Positions 25,380 to 39,222 of a stretch of 64,000 nucleotides of DNA are shown one piece after another. Under the pieces are notes generated by a model. That model did not search any database and was not told the DNA's origin. It saw nothing but the letters and a program-made list of their open reading frames with translations. The position numbers and the translations under genes are program-made. The stretch is taken from positions 2,978,001-3,042,000 of the forward strand of contig JASTWF010000033.1 in the NCBI GenBank assembly GCA_030390025.1, in the 5' to 3' direction. Position 1 is the first letter of the stretch. The number at the start of each line of letters is the position of its first letter. This stretch comes from Squalus acanthias (Eukaryota).

Positions 25380-27975
25380 TCAGAATAGACATTGGAAACC
25401 ACACAGACTGCGCAGTTAAGTGACAAGTGAACTTTAACATCGATGAATGCGAGGCGATGCACTTTGGTAGGACACTAGAAACATCATGAGGGTAGTGCGG
25501 TTGATGTTGTGTATATGGCTTTCAAAAGGCGTTTGACAAAGTACCACATGACATACCTGGTCATAAAATTGTAGTCCATGTGATTAATGGGACAGGGCAC
25601 CATGGATACCAAATTGGCCAAGTGTCAGAAAGCAGAGAGTAGTGGTGACGGGTTGTTTTTCAGACTGGAGGGAAGTACACAGTGGTGTTCCCCAGGGGTC
25701 GCTATTAGGACCAGTGCTCTCTTTGATATATTTTAATGACCTAGAGTTGTGTATAGAGGGCATCAAAACTCGAAAATGTAGTACACAATGAGGAGGATAG
25801 TCACAGACTTCAGGAGGACGTAGACTGACTGGTCAACAAGAGAACATAAGAAATAGGAGCAGGAGTAGGCCATTCGGCCCTTCGATCCTGCTCCACCATT
25901 CAATACGATCATGGCTGACCTTCGGTTAAAAAGTCATTCATGCAACACCTTCTAACTGACCCTCATTCCTGCATATAAAGTTATCTCCTTACTCAGTTTA
26001 CTGGCATATTTTCCATTAGCAGAATAAAATATAATTGGAACCGAAAGCAAGACACTAAATGCCAAGAGCATTTGGCTGGGTGTTTACCCTTATAAACTGT
26101 TCCTCAGGCTGGAGGGATTGAGAGCTTCAGAGACGTCCCTGACATGATCCTACACTTCTCTGATGGCGTTTCTTTCGGAATCCTATCCCTTTGCTTACAG
26201 CATAACCCGAACTCTGATTCAATTAGGCAGACACTTGTCAGATTCTATTTAACACAGAGAATTGTGAAGTGAAAAATGAGAAGAGGCAATGTGATCTCAA
26301 TGGTGTAACTATAAAGGGAGTGCAGGAATAGAGGGACCTAGGCATGTATGTACACTAATCTTTGAAGGCGGCCGGGCAATTTGAGGAGTATGTTAATTAA
26401 GCATACGGGATCCTTCACTTTATTAATAAGCAGTAGAGTACAAAAGCAAGGAAGTTATGCGAAAACATTATAAAGCACTGATTAGGTTTCAGCAGGAGCA
26501 TTGTGTCCAATTCTGGACACCACACTTTAGGATAATGTCAAGGCCTTGGAGCGTGTGCAGAAGAGATTTACTAGAATGGTACCAGAGACAAGGGACTTCA
26601 GTTATGTGGAGAGAGTGGAGAAGCTGGGGTTGTTCTGATTAGAACAGAGAAGTTTAAGAGGAGATTTGATAGAGGTGTTCAAAAGCCTAAATAGATTTAA
26701 TAGAGTAATTGAAGAGCAACTGTTTCCAGTGGTAGTGGGGTCGGTAACCAGATGACACAGACTTAATGTGATTGGCAAAAGAACCGAAGACAACATGAGG
26801 AGGATTTTGTTTTACACAGCGAGTTGTTGTGATCTGGAATGTGCTGCCTGAAAGAGTGGTGGAAGCACATTCAATAGTAACTTTCAAAGGGGATTTGGAA
26901 AAATAGTTGAGATAAAGAAAAAAACTGGGGAAAGAGCAGAGGAGTGTTATTAATTGGACAGCTGTGCCAAACAGCCGGCACAGGTACTCTCGGGAGTGTT
27001 GAGGGGCTGGTGGAGCTTGCAGAGGTAGGGAGGGCGTGGCCATGTAGGGATTTGAAAGCAAGGAAGATAATTTTAAAATGGAGACATTGCCGGAACGGGA
27101 GTCACTGTAGGTCAGCGAGCACAGGGGTGGTGGTTTACCGGGATTTGGTGTGGGTTAGGTGACGGGCAGCACAGCTTTGGATGAGCTCAAGTTATGCAGG
27201 GTGGGAGATGGGAATCCGGCCAGGAGAGAGTTGGTGTTATCAAGTCTAGAGCTACCAAAGGCATGGATGATGGTTTGAGCAGCAGATGAGCTGAGGCAGG
27301 GGCGAAGTTTGGCGATGTTACGGAGGTAGAGGTGAGCAGTCCTGGTGATGGAGTGAATATCCGGCCGCAAGTTCATCCCGTGGTCAAATACGACACCAAG
27401 GTTGCAAACTGCAAACTGGTGCTAAGGAGAGGGATGGAGTCGATGGCTCGGCAACGGACTTTGTGAAGGGGGCCAATAGCTTCGGTCTTACAAATATTTA
27501 GATGGATGGAACCAGAACTGAAAGATTGCAGCTATCGGGAAAGATTAAACAGGTTGGGCCTTTCTGCTATAGAAGAGAGAGGACTGTGATGAGGCCTGAT
27601 AGAGATCTTTAAATTATGAATGGGTTGTACAGGGTAGATGTGGAGAGAATGTTTCCACTTGTGGGAGAATGCAACACTTTGGGTCATAAATACAAGATAT
27701 TTACTAATAAATTCAACAGGGAAATAAGGAGTAATTTCTGTACTCAGAGAGTGGTTAGAATTTGGAACATACTCGCACAGGAAGTGGTTGAGCAAAATAC
27801 TTTAGATATTTTCAGAATCAAACATGATGAGTAAATGCTAGAAAGAGGAATAGAAAGATATTCTGAGCGGCTGAGATGAGGTCGATGCAATGAGAGGAGA
27901 CTGGTCTGGAGCATAAACACCAGCACAGACTGATTGGGCCGAATGGCCTGTTTGTGTGCTGTATATTCCATGTAA
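25380..27975. mobile_element. Cluster of old LINE fragments: CR1 (+; ~25380-25830, ~26270-26980, ~27510-27975) and L2-like (-; ~26980-27500)
   Basis: HCVQFWTPHF, RVDVERMFP and FCTQRVVRIWN (CR1); HLYLRNIAKLRPCLS...IHAFGSSRLD (L2). Confidence 0.8.
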
Positions 27976-28233
27976 TATAATCCTCTGAACTGCAGCTCAG
28001 CTGTCTGCCTACCTATTTACCAGGCTCTTACTCTGGAAGCAGCGAATGAATTGCTGCCCTCAATCGCTGCAGGGACTCTTTACATAAGAGCTCAGAGTGA
28101 AAGCAGTAAACTAATGCTCTTGTCCCGAGAGACAATGTCGGAAATGTCAGTCAGAAACAGTGCCGAGTCCTAAACACAGTGCTCGCACCGCCGCTGGCTG
28201 TATCTTCAGATCTGGAGCGATTGCTGGTGTAAT

Positions 28234-29213
28234 TCAGTGGATGGCAGTCTGGGGCTGAATTTTACATTCCTGGGCTGGAAACACTGGGATACGCCTCTGG
28301 GCTGCACTTAGTTGTTTCTGATTATTAATGCATTGAATAATTGTGGTAAGCGGATATTTCACCGCCCTCTTCACCTGCTCTCTGAACTTGGACTGGGTCA
28401 CCCCATAAATAAATGTGTTTGTGCAGCAATTTAAATTCCGCAGCATAAATCCGACTCGTTGAAAGTTAAATAATGAATCAGTGTAATAAATGGTTCCTGT
28501 AATGGTTAAATATAAGAAAACTAAAACATAAACCAGCCACAGCAGTATGAAGCTGGCTGAAATGGTGCAGAGTAAAATCACAGACTTCCTTCTGCTCTCC
28601 ATCTCTGGGTCTCTGCCATTCTCTCCCTTGCTCTCACCCCTCAGTCCCTTACGGACCCGACTGGCCACAAAAATGTGTCTGACTGTCAGAGCGTTGAGCA
28701 ACAGAATTAAAGCGAATGGGAGCAATGGGGTTAAAACCGTATTAAGCCAGTCAAATCCCACCCACCCGGGCTCAGTACGAAAGCTCGGGATTGCGGCACA
28801 GAACCACGGCACAGTGTCGATTATCCTCCTGGGTTGATATATAAAGTAGAATGGAACGTTTTTTAAAGAGAGCAGAATGCAGCTTGTTGCCAGAACCACA
28901 GCCGCAGTTTTCCCGGTGCAATATTTAGTTTTCAGCTTCTGGCAACAAATGGCCACAAATCGATCAAAGGTGAAAGTGACGGTGAACCAGACAGAACAGT
29001 CTGTGGCTGCACAGGACAGGACAACGAGAACACTACACACAGGGGTGATGCCCAGGAAAGACAATGGGAAATAATACAATCTGATCCTCCTCAGTATGAC
29101 CTCAATGACAATGGCCTGGAGATCCGCCGCTGCCATGCCCACCAGGTAACGAGTGGTGCAGGTGGAGAGCCCGCACTTTCCCCGGGACAGGATCACAATC
29201 GCCAGCAAATTCA
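28234..29213 (-). CDS. Terminal coding exon of a class A orphan GPCR, GPR139/GPR142-like (end of TM1 to C-terminus); first exon not located
   Basis: Intact 326-codon frame with YLVGMAAADL (TM2), SVWFTVTFTFDRFVAIC (TM3), P-containing TM5 and NCCTNTFIY (TM7). Splice acceptor ctgtgttttacAG lies at 29215-29214, so the track's start codon is not a true start. Confidence 0.88.
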
Positions 29214-29286
29214 CTGTAAAACACAGAAGGGAAAAGAGACTGGAAATTACTGATCAAACATTCTCGGTGTCTGAACCCAGGCAGTC

Positions 29287-30706
29287 GGGCTGGATTTTAA
29301 CACCGCAAAAACGAACGGGTTGGGGTCGGGTCAGAGGTGAAAATTGAACAATATTCTCCCGAACCCAACTCGACTCCAACCCGCCCGCTTCCGAGTTTAA
29401 CGGAGACGGGACAGGGGGGCGGGCAGTGAACCGCTCCCAGGAGGCGGGTTGGCAAGTTAAATATTTTAATGAGGCGGGCAGCCTCTGATTTAACCTGTTC
29501 ACAGGTTTAACTACGACTGGCCGGGCTTCCTGGGCCTCGGGAATGATGTCAGCCCCACCCCGCAAGCTATACCCACTGCCCGAGCACCCCAAGGATAGAA
29601 TCCTGGGGTCGGGTTCGGACATCCCTAAGACTGGGGATTGGACAAACACCCGGGAGCGGTCGAACCACCGGGACCGGTTAAACCCACCGGGACCGGTCAA
29701 ACCCCCCGGGACCGGTCAAACCCCCGGGACCAGTCAAACCCCCGGGACCGGTCAAACCCCCGGGACCGGTCACACCCCCGGGAATGGTCAAATCCCCAGG
29801 ACCAGTCAAACCCCCGGGACCGGTCAAACCCCCGGGACCAGTCAAACCCCCGGGACCAGTCAAACCCCCGGGACCAGTCAAACCCCCGGGACCGGTCAAA
29901 CCCCTGGGACCGGTCACACCCCCAGGACCGGTCAAACCCCCAGGACCAGTCAAACCCCCGGGACAGGTCAAACCCCCCGGGACCGGTCAAACTCCCGCGA
30001 ATGGTCACACCCCCGGGACCGGTCAAACCCCCCGGGACCGGTCACACCCCCGGGACCGGTCAAACCCCCGGACCAGTCAAACCCCCGGGACCGGTAACAC
30101 GCCCGGGACCGGTCACACCCCCGGGACCGGTCAAATCCCCGGGACCAGTCAAACCCCCGGGAATGGTCAAATCCTCGGGACCAGTCACACCCCCGGGACC
30201 GGTCAAAACCCCGGGACCGGTGAAACCCCCGGGACCGGAGAAACCCCCGGGAATGGTCAAATCCTCGGGACCAGTCACACCCCCGGGACCGGTCAAACCC
30301 CCGGGACCGGTGAAACCCCCGGGACCGGAGAAACCCCCGGGAATGGTCAAATCCCCGGGACCAGTCACACCCCCAGGACCGGTTTAACCTCCTGGACTTG
30401 TCAAACCCTCGAGTCCCTGATGGGACACACCGCGGGATCAGACGCTCCATCCAACCCAGTTTCGTCTATCGGACCTACCTGGTCCTGCTCCGGAGACCCC
30501 CCACCCCGTCTGACTGGTAGCCCGACTGTCAATCAGGCTGACTTCCCGGGTGGGGAACCAGTCAAAGACAAAAGACGTACGCTGTGGAGTTAAGACACCC
30601 CAATGTCCGGGAATACCTGGACATCCAGGTATCCTGTCTGATATTCTGTATCCACCCCGTACCAACCGGCCATCGTACATAACCCGCCTCTGTTAATATC
30701 CAGGCG
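29287..30706. mobile_element. Probable MITE with degenerate TIRs in the GPCR intron, containing an expanded 18-bp repeat
   Basis: GGGCTGGATTTTAACA (29287-29302) vs TGTTAATATCCAGGCG (30691-30706), 13/16 inverted match. Confidence 0.55.
29660..30400. repeat. 18-bp GC-rich minisatellite (ccccgggaccggtcaaac)
   Basis: Direct periodicity. Confidence 0.95.
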
Positions 30707-30754
30707 GAAGTATATGACCAAATGCAAAATACTGAGGCTGCTGTAAATCGGTTA

Positions 30755-33495
30755 AGAACATAAGAACATAAGTCATAGGAGCAGGAGTAGGCCGTTCGGC
30801 CCTTCGAGCCAGCTCTGCCATTCAATGAGATTATGGCTGATCTTCTGCCTCAATTCCATTCACCGGCCCAATTGCCAAATCCCTTGATGCCCTTACTAGT
30901 CAGAAATCTATCGACTTCTGTTTTGAATATACCCAATGACTGAGCCTCCACAGCCCTCTGGGGTAGAGAATTGCAAAGATTCACCACCCTCTGTTTGAAG
31001 AAATGTCTTCTCATCTTAGTCCTGAATGGCCTACCCTTTATCCAGAGGCTGTGGCCCCTGGTTCTAGACTCCCCAGCCAAGGGAACAATTCTCCCAGTAT
31101 CCACCCTATCAAGCCCTGCAATAATTTTGTATGCTTCAATGAGATCCCTTCTCTTTCTTCTGAATTCAAGAGAATACAGGCCTAGTTTACTCAATCTCTT
31201 CTCATACGACAGTCCCGCCATCCCAGGAATCAATCTCGTGAACCTTCGTTGCACTTCCTCTGTGGCAAGTATATCCTTCCTTAGGTAAGGAGACCAAAAT
31301 TGTACACAGTAATCCAGGTGTGGCATCACGAAGACCCTACATAATTGGAGTAAGACTTCTTTTCTCCGGTAGTCAAATCCTCTTGTAATGACGACCAGCA
31401 TACAATTTGCCTTTCTAATTGCTTGCTGCACCTGCAAATTCACTTTCAGTAATTCATGTACAACGACATCCAGCACCCTTTGAGCATCTGCATTCCCCAA
31501 TCTTTCACCATTTAGGAAATACACTGCCTTCTGTTTTTTCTACCAAAGTGGATAACTTCACACTTATCCACATTATATTCCATCTGCCATGATCTCGCCC
31601 ACTCACTGAGCCTCTCGAGATCCTCTTGAAGACTCTTCACATCCATTTCGCAACTGACACTGCCACCGAAATTTGTGTCATCAGCAAATTTGGAAATGTT
31701 ACATTAAGTCCCCTCATCCAAATCATTGATATAGATTGTGAATAGCTGAGGCCCAAGCACCAATCCTTGCGGTACCCCAATAGTCACAACCTCCCATCCT
31801 GAAAAAGACCCGTGTATCCCTACTCTTTGTTTTCTGTCTGTTAACCAATTATCAATCCATGCTAGTATATTACCCCCAAGTCCATGTGCCGTAATGTTGT
31901 TCACCAGCCCCTTGTGTGGGACCTTATCGAAGGCCGTCTGAAAATCGAATTACACCACATTTACCAGTTCCCCTTTGTCTACTCCACTAGTTACATCCTC
32001 AAAGAAATCCAATAGGTTTGTCAAAAAGGACTTCCTTTTAATAAATCCATGTTAACTCTGCCCAATCTTACTATTAGTTTCTAAGTGCCCAGTTATTGCA
32101 TCCTTTATAATAGATTCCAGCATTTTCGCAACTACTGATGCGAGACTAACAGGTCTGTAGTTCCCCGATTTCTCTCTCCCTCCTTTCTTAAAGAGCGGGG
32201 TTACATTTGCTCTCCTCCAATCTGCAGGAACCGTTCCAGAATCTATAGAATTTTGGAAGTTGACAAACAATGCGTCCACTATCCCAATGGCCACCTCTTT
32301 CAAAACTTAGGATGTAGGTCATCCTGTCCTTGAGATTTATCAACTTTCTGTCTCATTAATTTTGCTAGTCCTGTTTTTTTAGTAATAATAATTTCTTTAA
32401 GTTCCTCATTCTCGCCACACCCTTGGTTTTCTCGTATTTCTTGGAGGTTTTTAATGCCTTCCTCCGTGAAGACAGAAACAAAGTATTTATTTAATTTTTC
32501 TGTCATTTCCTCATTCCCCATTATAAATTCTCCCGTCTCTGACTGTAACGGATCTACATTTATCTTCGCCAGTGCAACGACAGCTGGGTGTCCTTGTGCA
32601 CCAGTCGCTGAAGGTAAGCATGCAGGTGCAGCAGGCGGTTAAGAAGGCAAATGGTATGTTGGCCTTCGTAGCGAGAGGGTTTGAGTACAGGAACAAGGAT
32701 GTCTTGCTGCAGTTGTACAGCGCCTTGGTGAGATCACATCTTGAGTATTGTGTGCAGTTTTGGTCGCCTTATCTGAGGAAGGTTGTTCGTGCCATGCAAG
32801 GAGTTCAGCGAAGATTCACCAGGCTGATACCTGGGATGGCCGGAATGACGTATGATGAGAGATTGGGTCGATTGGGCTTATACTCGCTGGAGTTTAGAGG
32901 AATGAGAGGGGATCTCATTGAAACTTATAACATTCTGACAGGCCTGGACAGATTGGATGCAGGAAGGATGTTCCCGATGGTCGGAGAGTCCAGAGCCAGT
33001 GGTCACAGTCTAAGGATAAGGGGTAAGCCATTTAAGACAGAAATGAGGAGGAATTTCTTTACCCAGAGATTGGTGAACATTTGGAATTCTCTACCACAGA
33101 AGGCAGTAGAGGCCAATTAATTAAATATATTCAAGAAGGAGTTGGATATATTTCTTAAGGCTAAAGCGATCAAGGGATATGGGGAGAAAGCAGGGACATG
33201 GTTCTGAATTTGGATGATCAGCCATGATCGCATTGAATGGCGGAGCAGGCTACAGGGGCCGAATGGCCTACTCCTGATCCTATCTTCTATGTTTCTATGT
33301 TTCACATACCTATAGAAGCTTTAACAATCCGTTTATATATTTTTCGCTAGTTTGTGCTCGTATTCCATTTCCCCTTTCTTTATCAATTTCTTGGTCCCCC
33401 TTAGCTGATTTCTAAAAAGATCCCATTATTCAGGCTGACCGCTTTTTCTGGCAACTTTATAAGCTTCCTCCTTTGACTTAATAGTAGCTTTAATT
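30755..33495 (-). mobile_element. CR1 (-) with a second 5'-truncated CR1 (+, ~32571-33303) inserted in opposite orientation
   Basis: Minus-strand RT peptides at 30850-32521; plus-strand HLEYCVQFWSPY with tail 'tctatgtttctatgtttc' at ~33300; the minus copy resumes at ~33304. Confidence 0.88.
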
Positions 33496-33499
33496 TAAT

Positions 33500-35313
33500 T
33501 AAGAAAAACAATGCTGAAAACCCTCAGCGGGCCAGGCAGCATCTTTGCAGATAGAAACAGAGTCAACATTTGAGGTCGATGACCTTTCATCAGAACTGAA
33601 GATGTCAGAGATTAACAGTATTACAGCAATGATAGAGTCAGAGAAAAGTGCGGTTGCATAAGGTAAGAACAAAGTCTGTGTCTGGCAAGAGGGCAGTAGT
33701 GATTCAATGACAAAAGGGATGATGGTGCAAGACGAATGGGACAATTAAAGTAACAGAAGATGGGTCTAGAGGAGGTGTAAATGGTTACAGCAGAATAACA
33801 AGTGGGAGGGGTAGTAGGGCACGTGTGGCAGAGATGCGGGTACGGATGCATAGTGGCTGTGTTACTGGACTAGTAATCCAGCGGCTTAGACTAATAATAC
33901 GAGACTTGAGTTCAAATCCCACCACAGGCAATTGTGGAATTTAAATTCAATTAAAAAAATCTGGAATTTAAAAACTAGTATTAGTAATGGTGACAATAAA
34001 ACTGGCGGACTGTCGTAAAAACTCATCTGGTTCACTAATGCCCTTTAGAAGAAGGAAATCTGTCGTCCTTACCCGGTCTGGCCTATATGTGTCTCCAGAC
34101 CCACAGCAATGTGATTGAATCTTAACTGCCCTCTGAAATAGCCCACCTTCTCGAGGGCAATTAGAGATGGGCAATAAATGTCGGCTTTGCCAGCGACGCC
34201 CACATCCCAAGAACGAATAAAAAAAAAAGCTGGGTACACCCCAGATGTTTGGACCAGTCCGCTAGCTGTGTACCGGGTTGGACACCACAAAACCCGAGCC
34301 CCCAGCTCCTCCACTCCCAGTGGCTCTGTGGAACCATCTTCCATTGCCAGCGCATGTCGTTCGAGAAAACGGGAGCGGAGGTTATGATCTGAAGCATTTA
34401 TACTTAGTGTTGTGTCCGGAAGGCAATAAACTGCCTAACCGAAAAATACGGTGCTGTTCCTCATTGAGTTTAAAAGGGGAATAGTGCAGGTTGCCGAGAA
34501 CAGTGAGTTCAGAGTAGGAGTAGGATGTAGAATTAAAGTGGCAAGTGACCTGAAGCTCAGGACCACACTTGCGGACTGAAGGGAGGCGTTCAGCGAAGCA
34601 ATTACTCAATCTGCGTTTAGTCCACCCAATGTACAGGAGACTGGATCGTGGGCAGCGAATACGATATACTGAATTGGAAGAAGTACAAGTAAATTAGTCT
34701 TTCACGTGGATTGGGGCCCTGGCTCTTGGGATGGAAAAGGGGGAAATGGCAGCCGTTGCATCTCCTGCACTTGCATAGGAAGGTGCCAGGGAAGGGGAGC
34801 AGATGTTAGGGGTGACGGAAGAGTGGTCAGGGTGTTGCGAGAGCCGGGGATGGCAGGTCAGGGGATGATATGTTTGTTGGTGGCCTTAGCTGGACATGAC
34901 GGAAATGGCAGAGGATAATCCGTAGAATGTGAAGGCTGGTGCAGTGGAAGCTGAGGACAAAGGAAACCCTATCTGGGTTCCAGCCGGGAGGGCAAGTGGT
35001 GACGGGAGCAATGTAGGATTGACACGGTCGAGGGCCCTGTCAATAACAATGGAGGTGAATACACGGCTGAGAAAATATGAAGAGATTTCGAAAGCACTGA
35101 TGTGCAAGCTGGCATCGTCAGAACGTATGCAACGGTGGCGGAGAAAATTTGAGAATAGAATAGAGCCCGTCCAGGAAGCTGGGTGAGAGGAAGTCTACTC
35201 AAGATTCCTGTGGGAGTTGGTGGGATCATAGTAGATATTGGTGGATGGCCTAGACCCTGAAATAAAGATCGAGAAGTCGAGGAAGGGAATGGAAGATCAC
35301 TGTGGTTCACCAT
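33500..35313 (-). mobile_element. Degraded Penelope-like element with an internal SINE
   Basis: HFNS...EEQHRIFRLGSLLPSG and HISAFEISSYFLSR peptides; terminal motif at ~33505-33600. Confidence 0.7.
33850..34229 (+). mobile_element. tRNA-derived SINE with L2-like 3' tail (second copy at ~62455-62945)
   Basis: B-box-like 'gagttcaaatccc'; tail 'gggcaataaatg...gccagcgacgcccacatccc' plus A-tract; homologous to 62455-62945. Confidence 0.7.
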
Positions 35314-35409
35314 TTACATGTTATTCCTGTATTTAAAATGGAAGATAGAACAATTCCAAAGATCTACAGACCAGTTATAAAAGCGTCGATGCTAGGAAAT
35401 ATAATAATG

Positions 35410-35960
35410 AGAAGTCGCACAACACCAGGTTAAAGTCCAACAGATTTATTTAATTTTCCAACTTTCGGAGCGGTTCGCTCCTTCCTCAGGTAGAGTAGCT
35501 GTGAGAGAATCTCCCAGAATTCACAATTTAAACACAGACAAAATCTATTCAAATCTTTCCCTACATCAAAGACACACTAAGAGCACAACCAAGACAATGA
35601 GATGTGTCCCAGGGGGTCCAACGTGTCAAACCACCTGCTGGCTGCATATCCTGTCAATTTGCGTTGGTTCTTGTGTTAGTCTTTTTAAAAAAAAACACCT
35701 GGGAAGACCGGCCATGATGTCAAGTCACGTTCTGTATCGTGACATGAACCCGATATCGCGATTGAGGCAATCCTCATGAGTGCGGAACTTGGCTATCAGT
35801 TTCTGCTCTATGATTTTGCGCTGTCATGTATGCCGAAGGCCGCCTTGGAGAACGCTTACCCGCAGATCCGAGGCTGAATGCCCCTGGCTGCTGAAGTGTT
35901 CCCCGACTGGGAGGCAACCCTCCTGCCTGGCGATTGTTGCACGGTGTCCGTTCATACGTT
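35410..35960 (-). mobile_element. Penelope-like fragment, same family as 6439-7091
   Basis: Reverse complement of the 7000-7085 terminus; LQRMNGHRATIARQEGCLPVGEHFS. Confidence 0.8.
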
Positions 35961-37420
35961 GTAATGGCTTACCCCTTATCCTTTGACTGTGACTTCTGGT
36001 TCTGGACTCCCCCGCCATCGGGAACATCCTTCCTGCATCTAGTCTGTCTAGTCCTGTTAGAATTTTATAAGTTTCAATGAGATCCGCTCTCATTCTTCAA
36101 AACTCTAGCGAACACAAGACCAATCGTACCAATCTCTCTTCATATGTCATTCCTGCCATCCCAGGTGTCAGTCTGGTGAACCTTCGCTGCACTCCCTACA
36201 TGGCAAGAACATCCTTCCTCAGATAAGGCGATGAAAACTGCACACAATACTCAAGGTGTGGTCTCACCAAGGCCCTGTACAAATGCAGCAAGATATCCTT
36301 GCTCCTGTACACAAATCATCTCACTATGAAGGCCAACATACCATTTTCCTTCGATACCGCCTGCTGCACCTGCATGCTTACCTTCAGCGACTGGTGCACA
36401 AGGACTCCCAGGTCTCGTTGCACTTCCACTTCTCTCAATCTATTGCCATTCAAATTATAATCTGCCTTCCTGTTTTTGCCACCAAAGTGGATAACCTCGC
36501 ATTTATCCATATTATACTGCATCTGCCATGCACCTGCCCAATCATCCAACTTGACCAAATCATACTGGAATTCCTCTGCATCCTCCTCACAACACACACG
36601 CCCACCCAACTTTGTGTCGTCTGCAAATTTGGAGATATTACATCCAGTTCCCTCGTCTAGATCATTAATATATATTGTGAATAACTGGGGTCCTAGCACC
36701 GATCCCTGTGGTACCCCACTAGTCACTGGCTGCCACTCGGAAAAAGACCCGTTTATTCCAGCACTTTGCTTCCTGTCTGCCAACCAGTTCTCTATCCAAG
36801 TCAGTACCTTACCCCCACTCCCATGTGCTTTAACTTTGCACGCTAATCTCTTATGCGGGACCTTATTGAAAGCCTTCTGAAAGTTGAAATACACCACATC
36901 CACACGTTCTCCCCTATCTATTCTACCAGTTACTTCCTCAAAACATTCCATGAGATTAGTCAAGCATGATTTACCTTTTGTAAATCCATATTGAATTTGT
37001 CCGATCCTGTCACTGTTTTCCAAGTGCTCTGCTATTACATCTTTTATAATGGACTCTAGCTTTTTCCCCACTACCGATGTCAGGCTTAATTCAACGTTTT
37101 CTCTCCCGCACCTTTTTTAAACAGTGGGGTTACATTAGCTACCCTCCAATCCATGGGAACTGTTCCATAATCTATAGAATTCTGGAAGATGACCAGCAAT
37201 GCAGCTACTATTTCTCGTGCTACTTCCTTAAGTACCCTAGGATGTAGATTATCTGGCCCTGGGGATTTATCGGCCTTCAATCCCGTAAATTTCCCGAACA
37301 CCATTTCTCTGCAAATACCGATTTCCTTCAGTTCTTCCCTGTCATTAGAGCCTATGTTCCCCGACATATCTGGGAGGTTATTTGTGTCCTCCTTTGTGAA
37401 GACAGAACCAAAGTATGTAT
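35960..37420 (-). mobile_element. CR1 internal fragment
   Basis: 251-aa RT ORF with FQKAFNKVPH and KFADDTK. Confidence 0.9.
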
Positions 37421-39222
37421 TGTAAGTGCAATGGAATATCACTTCGCAATGTAATAGTCATTTGAAATGCAAAACTCATTGTAATGGAATATCACTTTGC
37501 AATATATTCGTCATTTTCAATGCAATAGCTTATTGCAATTGAATTTCTCTTTGCAATATATTCGTCATTTTCAATGCAATAGCTTATTGCAATTGAATTT
37601 CACTTTGCAATATAATACTTATTTGCAATGCAATAGAACATTGCAATGGAATATCACTTTGCAATATAATACTTACTTGCAATGCAATAGAACATTGCAA
37701 TGGAATATCACTTTGCTATTTGATAGGCATTTGCAATGCATTAGCTCAATCTAATGGAATATCACTTTGCAATGTAATAGTCCTTTGTAATGCAACAGAA
37801 CATTGCAATGAAATATCACTTAACAGCATAGTAGTCATTTGTGATGCAATAGAACATTGCAATGGAATATCACTTCGCAATGTAAAAGTAATTTGCAATG
37901 CAATAGCAAATCGCAATGAAATATTGACTTGCAAAATAATTGTCATTTGCAATGCAATAGCACATTTCAATGGAATATCACTGTGCAATGTAATAGTTAT
38001 TAGCAATGCAACATAACGTTGCAATGAAATACCACTTAAGAGCATAGTAGTCATTTGTGATGCAATAGAACATTGCAATGGAATTTCACTGATCAATATA
38101 TCGTCATTTGCAATGCAATAGAATATTGCAATGCAATATCAGTTAAAAGCACAGTAGTCCTTTGTGATGCAATAGAACGTTGATATGGAAGATCATTAGC
38201 AATGTAATATTCATTTGCCATGCAATAGCACATTGCAATGGAATATCACTTAGCAATATGATCGTAATTTGCAATGCAAAATAACATTGCAATGCAATAT
38301 CACTTAGCCATATAATAGCTATTTGCAAAGCAACAGAACATTGCAATGAAATATCATTGCAATATAAGCGTCATTTGCAATGCAATAGAAGATTGCAATG
38401 CAACATCACTTTGCAATATAATAGTAATTTGCAATGCATTAGAACATTGCAATGGAATATCACTTTGCGAAAAATAGTCATTTGCATTGCATTAGCTCAT
38501 TCTAATAGAATATGACTTTACAATATATTCGCCAATTGCAATGCAATAGCACATTGCAATGGAATATCACTTTGCAATTGAATAGTCATTTGCAAAGCAA
38601 GAGAACATTGCAATGAAATTTCAGTTTGCATAGTAATAATAATTTTCAATGAAATAGAATATTGCAATTGAATATCAGTTAAAAGTAACGTAGTCATTTT
38701 TAATGCAATATAATATTGCAAAGGAATATCACTTAGCAATGTAATAGTCATTTGCAATGCAAAGCAAATTGCAATGGAATATCACTTTGGAATATATTAA
38801 TCATTTGCAATGCAATAGCATAGTTCAATTGAATATCACTTTGCAATATAATAGTCATTTGCAATGCAATAGAACATTGCAATGGGACATAACTTATAAT
38901 ATATAATAGTCATTTGCAATGCAATAGCACATTGCAATGAAATATCGCTCTGCAATATAATATTGATTTGCAATGCAATAGAATATTGCAATGGAATATC
39001 ACTTTGCATTATTATAGTCATTTACAATGCTAAAGAACATTGCAATGAAATATCATTGCAATATAATCGTCATTTGCAATGCAATAGAACATTGCAATGG
39101 AATATCACTTTGCAATAGATTCGTCATTTCCAAAGCAAGAGAACAATGCATTGGAATTTCAGTTTGCATTGTAACAATAATTTGCAGTGCAATAGAATAT
39201 TGCAATGGAATATCACTTAAGA

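Noticed and set aside
29543..30593. Pro/Gly-rich, collagen- or extensin-looking ORFs (PPGPVK)n
   Set aside because: This is an 18-bp GC-rich repeat open in all frames on both strands, with Gly every 6 residues rather than Gly-X-Y, lying inside a probable MITE.
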